Assembly (NCBI GenBank): GCA_028534125.1
Contig: CM052828.1
Location: 5,208,001 to 5,272,000, forward strand
Direction: 5' to 3'
Length of the DNA: 64,000 nucleotides
Origin: Lama glama
Lineage: Eukaryota
Every line of letters begins with the position of its first letter. The stretch's first letter is position 1. Position numbers and translations under genes: made by a program. A model generated the notes under the pieces. That model saw only the letters and a list, made by a program, of their open reading frames with translations, made no database searches and was not told the DNA's origin. Positions 38,410 through 53,344 of the stretch are shown here, in pieces.

Positions 38410-41344
38410 GATCTCACCTATACCTTTAGCTACCTGTGAGGGGACCCCAGCCCAACTGCACTGACTGACCTAGAACCACTGCATGCAGGTCCTCGGGCTT
38501 CTAAGTAAATGAAGAAATTTTACCCAAGAGGCCATCAGTGAAATGCTTTCAGAATGGGCCTGAATCCAACCATTTCAACTTCATTGTAAGAGCTGTTTCA
38601 TCCAAAGCAAAGCAAACGAGGGGCGGGGTGGTGCGGAAGCTGCACAAGTCCTCCACCTCGTCTCGGGCCTCCTCTGCCCTTGGCCACTCCCCCTCCCACC
38701 AGGCTGGGCTCATCTGGGTGCCTCCTCACCAATTCACGCACCGGGGGCGGGGAGGACGGAGGCCCCTCTGTGGGAAGATCACCCTCACTACTCCAGGCTG
38801 CTGGCACCACCGGACCACCCGGACCCCCTGCCCCGCCTCTGTAGGCAGCTGTTTTCTTAAACTCACCTCTGATTACCCCATTTGAGAGGGCTCTGTTCCC
38901 TGCAGGGGCCCTGATGGCTACAGCCTTACATCCTGAGTAAGCTCTGGATGTTTGCAGCTGCTGCTGCCATCTCAGAATCAGCAGTCCAGGCCCACCCCGC
39001 AGACAACACCTCTATGATGCGGCCGCACAGCTGGACGGGGCTTTGAACCATCTGGTGGTCCCTCTTGCCTGTAAAGTGGGCAACACCAGACACACCTGAC
39101 TCTCAAAAATGCCCAGAGATTTTAGTATTTTATTATAACAACACATTGCATTATAAAAAGATATTTTTTAAAAATCTTCAATTTAATAAAATCTGAGCAG
39201 CTCATGTGTGACAGACAAGATGCTGGGTCTTGCACGTGCATAAAAATCAACAATCAATCCTCACTTTATTAACGAGGCGCCCGAGCCTCAGAGAGCCTCC
39301 GTGGTGCTCCCAGGGCCTAACCGGCCAGCATGGGAGTCGCCAGCCCCAGAGACCCACCTGGGGTCACCTGTGCAGCTGACCGAGTCCCCCAGTAACCACA
39401 GCACAGCCACCATCTGGCCGTCCACAGAAGTCCCGTTGACATTACACAAATTAGGTCAAAAGAAAGAAAAGGTCAGGACTGGGGCAAGGCGGAGGGAGGA
39501 GAGAGGAAGTTTTCTGACATAAGACGGAAGCTCCCTCACAGCCGCACCCGCACAGCTGCGCCACCTGGATCGGCCCACAGAGTGGAAGCGCCTCGCAGCC
39601 TCCGCCTGAGGGGCACCCCTGGACAGGTGCATCACGGTGTTTTCACGGCACAAAACGAAATGGAGGACAGCCTCAGGATGAAAAGACCGCCAGGGCTCTG
39701 GGCACGCGGGCAGGGCTGGGGCAGCTTCCTTACTGATCTGCTGAGCTGAGCGCACGTGGGCTGGAAACACTTCCCCTACAGCCCAGTTTGCATCCGCTCG
39801 CTGACCAGAGGGATCAGAAGGCCAGCTCCACCACCCACCATGCTGGGCGAGGGCGGGCAAACAGCCTACCCGGCTTTAAGGGGTTAAGATGCCAGCCTCG
39901 CTCACCTCCCCTACAGTGCCCACCCCTTCCCCGCCTGCTCCCCCGCTGGAGATCTGGGAGCAGAGAAGCAAATGGAGGTTAAAACCTCAAAGAAAATCGG
40001 ATTCAAAATGTGGGGGGCAAGTGACTTCCGTCCTCGGGCTCCCCTTCCCCCTCACCGCAGGGGGAGGTTCAGATGGACAAACAGGAGCAGGCACGAGGGG
40101 CTGCTGGCACCAAGTGAGCGCTATGCGTTCACTGCGCCTACTCTTAGCTTCTCATCTGTCAGAGATCTGATTAATAACCAGCCCGGGAAGCACCGTGGAG
40201 GCTAAGCAGGCAGCCCGCACGCGGACTGCATTTACTACAGGAAGAGGCCCTAACTGAAAAGCACTGTGCAAATATGTGGCTTAAAAAGTAAGAATAAGTT
40301 CCTCGTTTGGTTTATCTCCATCTCTACTAACCCAGATGGTTGAAGGTTTGGAGGGCTGCTGTCTTGAGATATTTAAATTGACTTGAAACTATTAAAAATA
40401 TAAATGTTATGTATAAAATACATGAAAAAATATATAAATACAAACATTATAATTGAGACTGAGGTTTTAACCACTGATTTCTATTTTTACATATTTAAAT
40501 ACCGTGGTTTCTGGGCCGAAGTCGCCCACGGTGTGCGTGTCAGGGGCTGGCGGGGACCACGGCCGTGGAAGCTCCGCGGTATCCAGGGGCCGGCACTGCT
40601 CTGGGCGCCTCCCGCACAAGTGAGCGGGTCCCGGGGTGGGGCCGTGGGTCACCCCCGGCGACGCCCCGGACTCAGGGGCCCTTCGTCTGTTTGGCTCTCG
40701 TGCCAACTTTGGACGCTCAGCTCTCGTTCAGGAAGCGAGATGCTGCTTTACCGGCTCTCAGTGGGGCGGCCACCCCGGCCTCCGCTGTGACCTCGGCAGA
40801 AAACTCGTGCCCAGTTGGGAGGCCACTTTCCACCCTCTGGGAAGCCTGGACGCTCACAAAGCCCAGTTATTTGTTTTGCCAAACTGTATATACACTGATT
40901 GGAAATGTTTGTTTCCGTGTCCCACTCTACATCTCTAAAGACAAATGATTAAAGAATACTTTCAAGGGCATTTTCTTCCGCTCATCCCTTCCAGCCTATT
41001 ACACCAAGCAGCCCCACTTCCTGCCTTTTAACTTACACTTCTGTCGGCGTATCATCCACTCTTCTTTGTTGACCTTTACGTGTACAAGGCTGCTTCAAAA
41101 CCCTTCTTCAAAGGAAAGGTCGGAGTGAAATGTCACCGGGAAGGATGCCAGCCGGCCAGGGGCCGGGGCGCCCTTCCCAGAGCTGAGCCCACCTGTGGGG
41201 TGGGGGTGGGGGGTGACACAGGCACCAGAGGCAGGAGGGAGGGTCTGCAGCCAGACCACCTGACCTACCCTGGTCACCACCACACCCAGTGAAGCCCAGC
41301 CCACCAGCCTGGGCCCCCCTGCGCCCTGCATCTGAGAGCTGCTT

Positions 41345-41800
41345 GCAGAGTGTTCACCGCACACACCCTGTTAGGAACTGCAGGTGACAGAAGAAAGTTC
41401 TGTGGTCCCTGCCCGAGAGGGACTTGTAATTTAACAAGGAAGAAAAATTAAATATTAAAAAAAAAAAACATGTAGGAGGGTTTCCAAAAGAGGGAGGGTT
41501 GGGAAGCTGAACAAAACCACTAAGATTACTGCATTTGGACAATGGGACAAGACAGGAAAGAAGACGGATGTGACGGGGGAAGGAAGGATGGACAGGATAC
41601 AATAAATTACTGAAGATCAGAGGCAAGAGATGGGAATGAGTCAAAGGTAAGCTTAACATCTCAAGCCTGGGTGACTGGGAGACTGAGGATTCATAAAGAG
41701 GCAATGTCAAGAAAAACAATTTGGGCAGAGAAATCTAAATTTGGGTGTGGAAGTCCTGAGTTCAAGGTGAGGGTGAGACCCAAGTAAGATGCTGTGACCT
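41345..41800 (-). mobile_element. L2 LINE fragments
   Basis: tggtccctgccc...gagtcaaagg...gcctgggtgactggga...tgagttcaaggtg, antisense L2 motifs. Confidence 0.5.
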
Positions 41801-44800
41801 GCTGTTCTGACTCCATCATTCACTCTCCGCTCTGGTTTATAAAATACCAAGTGATGAGAGGTACACAAAAGAAGTGAATTAGCCAATACAGGAGATCAGT
41901 GCTGGTTCAAGCTCGTGAACCAGCGAACCAACCGTACCAACTAGAAGTAACACACACCCACCAGCAGAAGCCAGCAGAATACGCCGAAAACTCCAATCTG
42001 CAAAATTTGATCTAGAAAAATCGGCTTGAGAGGAATAAAAGGCACAAAGAAGGAGTGGCAGAAGCTAAAGTCACCGGAATCTGTTATGGACAACTGGCTG
42101 GTACATGCAGAAAACCTTTCTTGGAAATCTGAATGGAATATAATTTACCCTGATGAGAATAACTTCAAGAAATGCAAAATTTAAACAGTCTCTCTGGGCT
42201 CTAAAAACTTACTTAATGACTTAAACTGAAGTTCACTTGGGGAAATATTTTCATCCAAAATTCATCTGTGATGATCTTTCTGATTAAAAACTTATATTCA
42301 CAGAGTCAAAATATCCTCAGGTGAAACAGTGTGTCAAAATGTCCTGTGTCGGGTGGAACACATGGAGGTGCCCGGCACACAGCTGGGTGGGTGAGCATCT
42401 GAAGCCAAGCCTCCAGCAGGGGCTGACGCGGGGGTCAATGCTGACAGAGGTCAGTGTGGACAGGGGTCCGTGTTGATGGGGAGGGAGCTCCCGGGAGGGA
42501 GGACGTCTGCTAAGACACCTGTGGGGAACAGCCTCATTCTTAAAAGTCCAAGGGGGAAGCATCACTCTAAGGAAGGGGAAAGAGCAACTTCAAAAATGAG
42601 TCCAAAAGCAGACGGACTTCTCCACATGTCTCCCCGAGGCCCACGTCCTCACCTCTCCAAGTGAGCCAGGAGCCAAAACAAGGCCAGACCCAACACAGGA
42701 CGGTCGCGTGAACAACACGTGATGGTTTGGTAGAAGTGGGTTCCAAGCGTAACATAATTATGTCCCAAATACTGCCAACAAATATTTTTTAGTGTGAAAA
42801 GTTATACTGAGAAAGTATTCACTGCTTATCTACAATTCAAATTTAACTGCATGTCCAAGTTCGGCTGGGCATCCATCCGGGGTTTGTGTTTGCTCAGGCT
42901 GGTAACCTGACCTGGGTGTCCCACCCCACACCCTCTGGCCCCTGACCATCAGCAGCCAAGGCCTTTCTGCAGCCCGAGTGGCAAGTAGAGACCCTCTCAC
43001 GTCCTGTGCCTGGAGAAGGCTCCTGCCACGGACCAGGAAAAGGGGAGAGTCTGGGGGGAAATGGACCGGCCAAGCGTGTGAAATATTTCAGAGAGACGAC
43101 GGGGGTGGGGCTGACAACAGAGTCCTGGAACCGTGTCATTAGAAGGAGACTGTCCAAAAGTGAGCAGTTTTAGGAGGAGCTCTGTTCTCAGAGGGATGAA
43201 AATAGGTGCCGAGTCTGATGCTTGAGTCGGCTTCACCATAAAGAAGTGGGTTCCCGGCCCAGGCCTGCGGGGAACCGCACGGAACACGCCCCGAAGGCCA
43301 GCACTCTGGGAACGCCGGCCGGCGCGTGTGGGCACCAGCCACTGCCTGCCTGCTGAACGGGCGAATGAATGAACGAATCCTGTACTTCTCAAACGGCTTG
43401 CTTTGAAATCTGAAATCTTACACAAGTCACTGAAAATCAAAGTCTGGGGTGAAGCTGCCGTTCCCCGGCACTCCCCACGGCAGCTACCGCTCTTTGGTCT
43501 CTACCCAGTTTGTGGGCTGAGGGTTATTTGCAGTACGAATCACAGGCGTCCGGGCTGGGCCTAAACCAAGCTAATGAACACAAACACCTGCTCTTCCACG
43601 CGATAAAGCACGTGTTAAGATTCACACGCGTAAGCAGAAGAGAAAGTCCACCACCTCCCAAACGAAAGCCAATCGACTTCCGAACGCATTCTTCCCTGTG
43701 CCCGTTTATGTAACTGCTGTAGCTGGTCTTTAGCTACGGGAGCGCTTAATCAAACAAACATCTGAGAACACCCGAGCTTTCTTATTTATGCATAAAAGTA
43801 TGGTTCAGGCCTGCGCCGGTTTCCCTTGCCCTGCGCTGGAAGAGATCCCAAGGACGCCTTATCAAAACAATAAACTTCAAAAAGAGAAGACGACGGACGT
43901 TTTTAAAAAGAGAGTACTGTATGCGGCTTCTAATTTAGGATAATTCCCAGCATATTTTGAATTTTTATAAAGCATCCTTTATTTGCTTTGCTGCTGTGAA
44001 CTTCCCATTCTGCATTCAAAGGCCCTCTAATTTAGAATTTACAAACACACTGAGCCGGCACAAGTGAAACCGGTGTTGGGCTTCTGCACACGCCACCCTT
44101 GGCATCAAACGTGCCCCATGCTTCTGCTGCTAAAGGTTTGGGTGTAAAAGCGAGTTTGATGTACAAATTAAATGAAAGGTTTTTCATACCAATTCCTGAA
44201 AAATTTAAATTCAAATGGAGTCTATGTTCTTAGTACCCCTTTTCCCACACTTGGCCCAAAGGAATACAGCTCTGTCCTCACGTGGTGGGGGGGGTCCGCT
44301 GGTGCCAGCTCTGGTAGCCTGTCACTGTCCTGCATGGAAGGACCTACCAGCCCACAGCTCCCCATTCAGAGCTGAAGACACACTTTTATTATTCATTTCC
44401 ACCAAACATCATTAATGCTTCACGTTGCTTAGCGCTCCTGTGAATAAGAGCAAAAACTCGTAGGACTGGCAGCGTCAAGGAATAGAACGCTTTCTGCAGG
44501 TGGGAAGAGCCACACCACTATCTCAGACAAGACTGAGCAACGTTCTAACAGCAGGGAGTCAGCTACCCAATTGACACAGCTTTAACCTCAAGGGTCAGTC
44601 ACTGCACTGCATCACTGTTTCTTGGGGTCCCAAATTCTCCCCACTTTCTAAAGGCTGACACCAATCCCAATCTCAGATCAGACCTATATGCTTCGTGGGG
44701 CTGCAGATATGTGAGTTGGAAAGGAGCGGATCCGGCCACTGCTGCACCTGTGTGGATGGCCATACCTGCTCTGCTGAGGAGCCTGGTCACACGAAGGTAC

Positions 44801-47800
44801 TGCGGTCTTTCCAGACAACAGATTCACCATCTCTATCGATGTCAGAAAGTAAACAGGAGGATGAGAAGGGCAGACAGAGGGAACGTGCCGCCTGTACTCA
44901 AAGCTCAGGTCAGCCACCCTCCTTGGTCCCCAGACTGCCCCGCAGGTGGGGTCCATCTGAAGGACGCAGGTCCCCCGGCTGGAGCCCAGGCCTGTGTGAC
45001 ACCAAAACTCACGCTCCTCCCGCTGCCCATCCAGGCGGCTCTCCGTCAGAAGAGCCCTCGCCCCGGCTGCTTACCTCCCCACTGCTGACTTTCTTTATTA
45101 ATCACCTGAAGTTAGATGCCAGTATGAAACTTAACGAATTATCAAAAGAAAGACACAAGGCCATCTCTAGAATTCAAACAAAACTCTGTACATGATGTGG
45201 TCTTCTGTTCCTGGAGCCTGACGTGGCTGAGGGCACAGTGAACCTGACAGTCAGATGGGGAGGCAGGTCCCCCACCCGGGGCCTCTTCTCGGTGCCGCCC
45301 TGTCTCTGGGGCTGACTTTGCTCCCGTCAGCAGCCCGGTGACCTGGCTGGACTCCAGCTCTGATCCCATCCTCCCACCCAGCTGGGTCAGGGTGAGCCTG
45401 AGCAGAGCACCTAGCTGATGGGCTCCCACAAGCCGAATGCTCGAGCCAGCTCCCAGCACCTTGCCAGAGCAGCCGGAGAAGCGAGCACGGGGCCGTGAGC
45501 GCAGGGCTGCGGACCCGGTGGAGGAGAACACCCTTGGGAGAGCAGGAGAATCCTCCAGGACCTGGTTCCAAGAGGGGGCTCCTAATTCAGACGAGAGGCC
45601 TGTGCCTGTCGCGGGGCCACAACTCACTTTCCAATGACCATGGAACGTGAACAAGACAACTCGGGTGGGCGCCTTGGGCACCAAGCTTGCCTTGCTCCTC
45701 CTCTGAAACGCCACACAGTCCGGATTTGGAGAGCCAAGAATGTAAGAAACTGAATCTCGGTTAAACTTGGTCCTGTCTTTAGAGAAGCTGACAAAGCGCG
45801 CTTTGTACGTAGGCACGTCCCATGACAGCACTTCCAAGATTCGTGATAAACCCCAATCCCCCCCAACCCCACCGCCAGCTCCCACCTGCCAGCCGACTGC
45901 GGATAACGACCTCCTGCTTTGTCCACTCCCCCTTCCGCCTCTGCCCCTCTGGTCCTGCCAGTGACCAGCTGCGGGAAGCACTGCACGCCTGTTCTTTGCG
46001 CTGAGACATCTGGCAGTGCTGACCTGTCGGGGGCCACCCGACCCCGCAGCTGGCCGGTAAATCCGTGGCTCGCCGCGCCGTGGCCTGCAGGAGTTTTAAG
46101 GTCAGGTCACATCCCTTTCTTTCGGCTGGTACCTCTGGACTGGGCAGTCCCGGATCTTTCGCTCAGCCCTCTTATGAGCTCTCTTCCATCTCCAAACAAA
46201 AGCCGAGGCTTCTTTGGGATTTGCAGACTAGAAATTTCCCCTCTCCTGTAATACAAATCTTATCGGACTTCTGTCCAGAGAGCAGATATTTAAGACATCT
46301 GAACTTCGGCTCTACAATTGAAGTCTTTTTTTTTTTTTTGCAGACTTGACTGTTTGCCATCCTTTGTCCTCCTTTGACCCTTACGTGAACTTGGTGCGCA
46401 CTGCCCAATACAAGGGCGTGCTATTTTTATATACACACATCTGTACAACCACACAGGAAAGCTGTCATCGCCGATCCTGCCCACTAACGCAAACCCAAAG
46501 GACCTCGGGCAGAAAGCTCTTAAGGAGGTACTTGAAGCCGAGGCCCAGGAACGGCACTGGGGGTCCCAGCGTCTGTCTCCTGGCTGGTTTACCCCAGACG
46601 CAGCCAAGGCTGAGGGGCCACTGCAGAGGGAATGCTGCGGGACGCGGAGAGAAATGTAAGTCCGGGACCATCGGGTCTGGTCTGCTATTTCCTCCTGGAA
46701 GGCAGGTGTTCCGTCCACCCTGAGGCCCCATCCTTGCTGGAGAAGCAGTGACCCCTCCGCGTCCCCCGCACTGGCTCCCTGTCACAGCCCGTCAAAAGCA
46801 GTGAACTTTGAAGAGCAAGGAAGGACCCCTCTGTCGTTCTCACACCTTTGATACCACCTTCGTCTTCATCCCAGTATGTCTCCCAGAGGAGACGGGGGAG
46901 AAGCAGAAACAGGAACGCTGTGAAGGATTTTCCAAAAGAAACGCTCCCGGCAGAACACAGCTCTTCCTAGAATCCCAGCCCAGAGCTTCAGCTGGCCTGC
47001 TCCATCCTCATTCAAGTTGGGTGGGGTGACGCGGGCAAGCTTACTGTCTTTCTCCTTTGATGGGGCCTGGATACGTTTTGTGTATGGCTGCCCGGTCCTT
47101 TTAAAAAAATAACCTCTCTCAAGCTTCCTCCTTGGTGGGATAGTTTGGGACTGAAACTTCTCATGACCTATCCTGACATCCAAAACCTCTGCAGGAGACT
47201 CCCCCCCACCCTCCCCCCACCTAGCAGGACACGGCTGCCCCCTTCGGAAGCCCTTACCCTTGCCTACGGGTAAGCACCATGGCGCTGCATCACACCATGA
47301 TACCCATGGTCCAAGGCTGCTCGCTCCTTCCAGGGGTGCGCTGGGGAAACACTGTTCTGACCAGCACCGGCTGTTCGGGAGTACTCCGAGGAGGGCATGC
47401 AAGTCTGGTGGACCATGTGGATGCTGGTTACTTGGTATCTTTGTTTTTGTTGGTTTTTTTTTTTTTATAAGAGCCACTCTGCTCCTTCCAGATGCACATG
47501 TCAATATTTCTGGGCTCACAGAGGCAAAGTGACACTCTTAAATCTGGATCTTTGTCAGCGTCTTAACACCAGACCTTCTGCTTTCTACCTCATCAGGTTC
47601 ATCCTGTTCTCGCTCACTCCCACTTTTATAGTTTGGACATCAAACTGCTGCTCAGAGATTTAGTGGCTCCGTAATCATGGATCGTCACCCCTTTCCTGCT
47701 CAGGGCTGGAACCCCCAAAGTGAGGGGTTCCTAATCCAATCTCTCCCAAATCCAGAAGCAGGAAGCGCAGCCCTAAGGGCTCAGTCCTGTTCAGGGTCAC

Positions 47801-50800
47801 TCTGTCTCTGGACTTCCAGCCAGGCTAACTGAGGGGGCGGCAGGCCTGGGGGCACCTGGAAGGGAGGGTGTGATGAGTCCCTGGGGGGACCCCAGCGCTG
47901 GGCAGCAGGGGACAAACGACTCCAGCCCTTGCCGCTTTCCAGCAAGCCCCAGCTTCCCTTACGTCACCACCTCTTACTCCCAGCACATTCATAAACACCC
48001 CTCCGTCACGTTCAGACGACCCCCCAGCACGCGGGGGGAGCTCCTGACTTGAGCTGGATGGCGTAACTGCCTCCTTTACAGACATTCTTCACACCTTAAA
48101 CCAGGCCTTAATTTCCCCACTGGCTGCTTTGCTGAACTATCAAGACACATCCCCTTAGGCTGATGGATTTTTCCCTCTCTGCCAAGGTGATGAGTGTGAA
48201 AATGCTAATGCACTGCTCATCCTAACACCTGATGAGACAAAAAAACGTGCAAGTTTCTAGAGACAGAGAAGTATAAGAAAAATGATTGTAAGGCAGCCTC
48301 TACCTTCCTGTACAGGGTGCCATGAATTCAGTCTGATTTTCCCCCAAGAAACAAGGCCTTGGTGGGATTTCATAAAGCAATACAGGCAGGATGCAAAATG
48401 CAGAAGCCACCAAAGGCTACAGATTCATGGGCAGGGGCCAGCACCCCCCACCCCCCTCACCCTGACCCTGCCATCACCACCGCCGCCCAGGAAGGCCCTG
48501 TCTCGGCTCGCAGGTTTTACAGAAGTGATCACAAGTCCTAACTTTTTTTTATACCACCCCCAACAACTCCCAAATTTTAAAGAAAAAAGTAAATGATGTT
48601 CTTATATACTATTTAACAGAAAGCCTTCTTTTTTTTTTAACAGAAGAACTAATGAGCATGTGAATGAATGAACCAGATACTACAGCAAAAATAAAAATCA
48701 AGTCAACTAAATGTAGTAACTCTCCATTCTCATCGTTTCTCCCCTCTGTATTTCCCTCGTGAGAAGGAACATTTAGATCAAGAAATTTCAGAGAACTTCC
48801 GGGCATTTCCACAGCATTTGCAGTGAAATGTGGGGAAACAGGACCACTTCAAAGCTTTTTGAGAAACTGATCTGCTTTGCTGTCACTCTTACCTTAAATT
48901 TCCCAATGCAAATATGTGCACTAGGCAGGAAGCCTCCACCTGGATGACAGTCAAATGCAGCCAAGGGTCGTCCCCTGACTATTCAAAGGCAAGTGGCCGA
49001 GGCCACGCCTCTGGGGTGCGCAAGGCAGATGGACCCACACCCGAGCACCCGAGATTTCCTTGGAACCAAAGTGAACCACAAGGGGGGCGCAAACACCTGC
49101 ACGCCCTCGCAAACCCACGCCCTCCCGTGCCAGGTGGCATCCTGGCTTAAGGTCTTCCGGGCAGGGAGCCGTGGCACTGCCAGGCCCCGTCCCTCTGCAC
49201 AGCCCCCCCTTAATTAAAGGCGCTGACACCCCGTCTTCTGTCAAGAACGTCCCGACTGAAAGAGAACAAGCAGCAGCTTCTCCGAGCCCAGCCCAGCTCG
49301 CTTCACTCTGCTTCACTCTGCACAAAGTCACAGCCTGGGCCCCTGCGCTCCAAACCCTCCAGAGGCCAAGGCTTAACCCTTGCCCCGCCGACCCTAATTA
49401 GAGCCCGCATTCCTTCACCACCAGGCAACGTTCTCAACTCGTTTTACACGTTTAACCCTCAGCACAGCCTCCGAGTCGGGACTGTTCTTTCCCACTTTCA
49501 CAAGCGGGGAACGGAGGCAAGGAGCTGCAGGCGGCGGCGCCTGGCGGCACTGAAGTGGAGCCCGGGTGGGGGCGCGGAGTCCTGCCCCTTCCTGCTGCTA
49601 TCTCTGCTCCTCCTGCTTCTCTGGCGGGGGCTCCACCTCTGCACCCTCTCACCACTTCTCATCTGCACTCGGTGGCGGTGGGTGGCGGGCAGATAACCCA
49701 GTCCCGCCCGTCCCAGCCCCAGGGCACCCAAGTCAACGCCCTGGGACAGCAAGACATCTCTGGGCATCTACTCAACACCAGGCACTGCTCCCGGTCCCAG
49801 AGCCGCAAAGGTGACTACACCCAGGCCTGGTCTCGGGTCTCCTTGATGAGGTCCGGTTCCAGCAGCTTATAGATGCTGGCTACTCAGAGAACCTGGAAGC
49901 TGTCCCCAGACCTTCACACACAGCCCTGTGGGCCAGTGAGCTCCCGGGCAGGCAGGGGAATCTGTGTGCCCACACCTGTATCGATGGTCTAGACCCCTGA
50001 GGTCTGACTTTAGGATGTGAAAGGCACCATTACATCATGCAAACGTCACTTACACAAAAGTATTCCTCTTCTCCATCCTAACCCCCTGCCCCGGCTGCCT
50101 GTCTGTCTCACCTGCCTGCGTGGACCTACCTAGACGGTTTTCAGGTGTTAACGGAGGGGTGACAGCAATAACCAAGAAGTGACACGCACAGCACAACAGA
50201 AACAGCTCCTGTTTTGTGTGCTACGTTTCCAGAAACAAAATACAACACAGTCTTGCCCTTAGGTTTACATTTTTATTTTTATTAGTGGGGGAACAGAGCC
50301 AGCAGCCCCCAAGAAGCTCCAAATCTCCCACCAATCTAGAGGCTCCCCAGGGTGATTCAGCACGAACTCCCATGCAGATCCTCAAGGCAGGCAGGTTAGC
50401 AAGCCGCCTAGAGCAATAGGAAAGTGCTTCCATTCGCGGGAGGTGTGTTCCCAGACTCACCGCCCCGAGCGGTTTACGGTGGCCACGCCCTTGCTGTGAC
50501 TCATCAGGCCACAGACCTGACAGTCTTTCGGTAATCAGGCTCTAATCCTAGCACAAATTACACCTGATAATTTTCAAAATTCTGATTGCATCAAACTCTG
50601 AGACTAGCAAGACGGTCTTCCCAGTTCAATACAGACTATTCAAAGAATTAATGAATGTTTTTGCCCAGTATCTCCCAAGTTAGCCCTCTAGGGAGAAAGA
50701 AATGTCTTCCAACAAAGATTAAAAACAAACTAACAAAAAACCAAACCAGCTGCTAGAAATTTGAGGTTATAGATTCATGGGGGATACGTTATACAATTAC

Positions 50801-53212
50801 AATTGCAGATTATCCCCAATTTCACATAATATCAACATAGACAACAGCCTAAAGTCAAGTTCATGAGGATTCTTCTTGCACACTAACATTTGGTAACATT
50901 TGTAACTTATAGAGGAATGTTTAAAAGACTGTAAATTAAGTACTCTGAATTCTCACAATAAAAGCACTGAGAAGCGTAGTAAATAAGCCACGAGAAACTG
51001 GGACAGGCACTTGTACATTGTTTCAATGAGCTCCACAATGTATCGTGCTCTGGTTTTGTTGTCCCTGTGCTCTTGTGCCACAGAATCAACTCCCTTGATT
51101 TACTATTGTTTTAAGAATTACATACACAGGCTTGTCACTTAAAGAATATTTATTTTCTAAGCAAAAAAAAACCAAACCACTTCTCAAACAAGGCTTAAAT
51201 TTACATAAAATCCAGTCAACCTCTTCAAGGAGAACTATTTAACGGTATGATTGCTACAGCTAATATTATATTTTCAACACCCCATTCAATTTTAATCCAC
51301 CAGACCCGAGAGTCCAAAAATTAATATTTCTATTAATATCAATAAAAACGTGTACTTTCTCCCCCTTCATCCCACAAATCCTCAACTCCAAGAGGGAAGG
51401 CTCACCTTTCAGATGGATTCTTCCTTAAATCACACCAAATAAAATAAACTCAAAAAGAGTAAAAGCTCTGAAGTTAACAAATGTTTGGGCCATCTCTGAA
51501 AAAAATCCCACACAGCCTGACCTAGCCACATTCAAAACACCAGCGTGTGAGGTCAGCTCAGGACAGAGCTGCCCAGGTTTGCATCAGCAGCAAACCACAC
51601 CGGGAATCACACAGATCCCACCTTGTGCCCCTTTGCCTTCTTGGGACTCAGCACAGAATAATGTCCACTTCAGCCAGAAACCCTCCACTCACCACAAAAA
51701 GAAACCTCTACCCTCCAGCTGTCTTTGTCCAAACCGGCGTGGGCAGGGGTAACTCCCACACCCTGGGATGTTAAGTTTCAGCACACCAAGGAGGAGGGGA
51801 AGGTGGGCCTGAAGGCCAACACGCCCAGGCCCACCTGTGTTTGCAAACGGCAGGCCGCCCCCGGAACTTTCTATAACGCAACAGGAAAGAGTAACAATTA
51901 TCAGCCTGCACTCGCAGGTACAAGAAGGAGCTTCATTCAGTCTGTATATAAACAGTGCACCTGATCAAAGTGTCAGTATATTTATTGTAGACTGAAGCCA
52001 AAGACGCCTGGCAGCCACCACCCTCAGGAGAGCCAGGGCGTGGGCACCAGCAGCCCTGCCCCAGCACAGCCTGAACACAGCCACCCCAAGGAGCTTCCAG
52101 AACCCCGTGTGGATGCGGCCCTGACACCTGAGTCCTGCATCCTTCCAAAGGAGGAACAAAAACTATCTCCCCGGGAGAGGTCCGGGCTGCTGTAACACGG
52201 GATCACTGAGACCCGGCCTGTTTTCAAACTAACCTATATTTTGGGTAAGGATGAGATGCTGCATTTCTAAAGAATTCTAAAAATCAGAAACAGGGCGATG
52301 TACAGCCTCCTGGTACATGCTTAGCAGTGCTGATGGTCAAAGATGAGAAATCCTAAGCAAATTAGGCAAAAATTCTCAACAGGGGAGGTCAAGCTGGCGC
52401 AATGGTACACCAGCCAGAGTATGTGAGAAGTTGTCACCTTACCCCACCGTGAGGGTGCCTAGTAACCAACACAGGAAAAGCTTCTTAACATCCCAATACC
52501 CTAATTTCAACATGACCGGATTATTCCAAAAATAGAAACATCACAGTCACTCATTCGCAGTATGCTTTACACCAAAGTACAAAATGGGGCACGTGTTCGT
52601 ACAAAAAAAAAAAAAAAACCAAACAAACAAAAAAACCCCAAATTGAGATGCAAGGGCAGAATTACAACAGAAATGTAAAATAACTCATTGTTCTGTGCAC
52701 TTCCCAGAATTATGCTATTTAGCTCCAACATTCTCCCTTTAAAATATACTGCCTTTCACCAACTACAAAAACAAGTATCTGTTGAGCACTAGTTCAGGTG
52801 TTACACACCCAGCAGTGAACAAAACAAAGCCTGATTTTAACATGGTTTTCTTTCTGTGCAAATACATCCACCTCATTAAGATAACACAGAATGTGGAAAA
52901 TTGCCTCCAGATCTTTTTCACTTTTACCAGCAAAGTTTTTCCCATAATCAAATGTTCCTTGAAAACATCCCTTTTATTGGCTATATAATATTCTACCACA
53001 GATGGTGTCATCACTTATCAAAAGGTTTTTCTACATGCTCAACCACCAGCAGATAAAAACACAAAGGAGGGACACAGTTAAACTCAGAACGTTAGACTCA
53101 GATTCAGGACCATAAAGAGGGGAAAAGGAAGATACAACCTTACCGTGGATCACAGACCCCGGGCCGTGGACAGGAGCGCAGTCACACCCTCCCCGTGGGC
53201 CACGTTAAGGCC

Positions 53213-53344
53213 NNNNNNNNNNNNNNNNNNNNNNNNNNNNNNNNNNNNNNNNNNNNNNNNNNNNNNNNNNNNNNNNNNNNNNNNNNNNNNNNNNNNNNNN
53301 NNNNNNNNNNNNNNNNNNNNNNNNNNNNNNNNNNNNNNNNNNNN
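53213..53344. other. Assembly gap (132 N)
   Basis: Run of N. Confidence 1.

Noticed and set aside
41901-41924. Perfect 9-bp hairpin gctggttca/tgaaccagc
   Set aside because: Short enough to occur by chance in 64 kb
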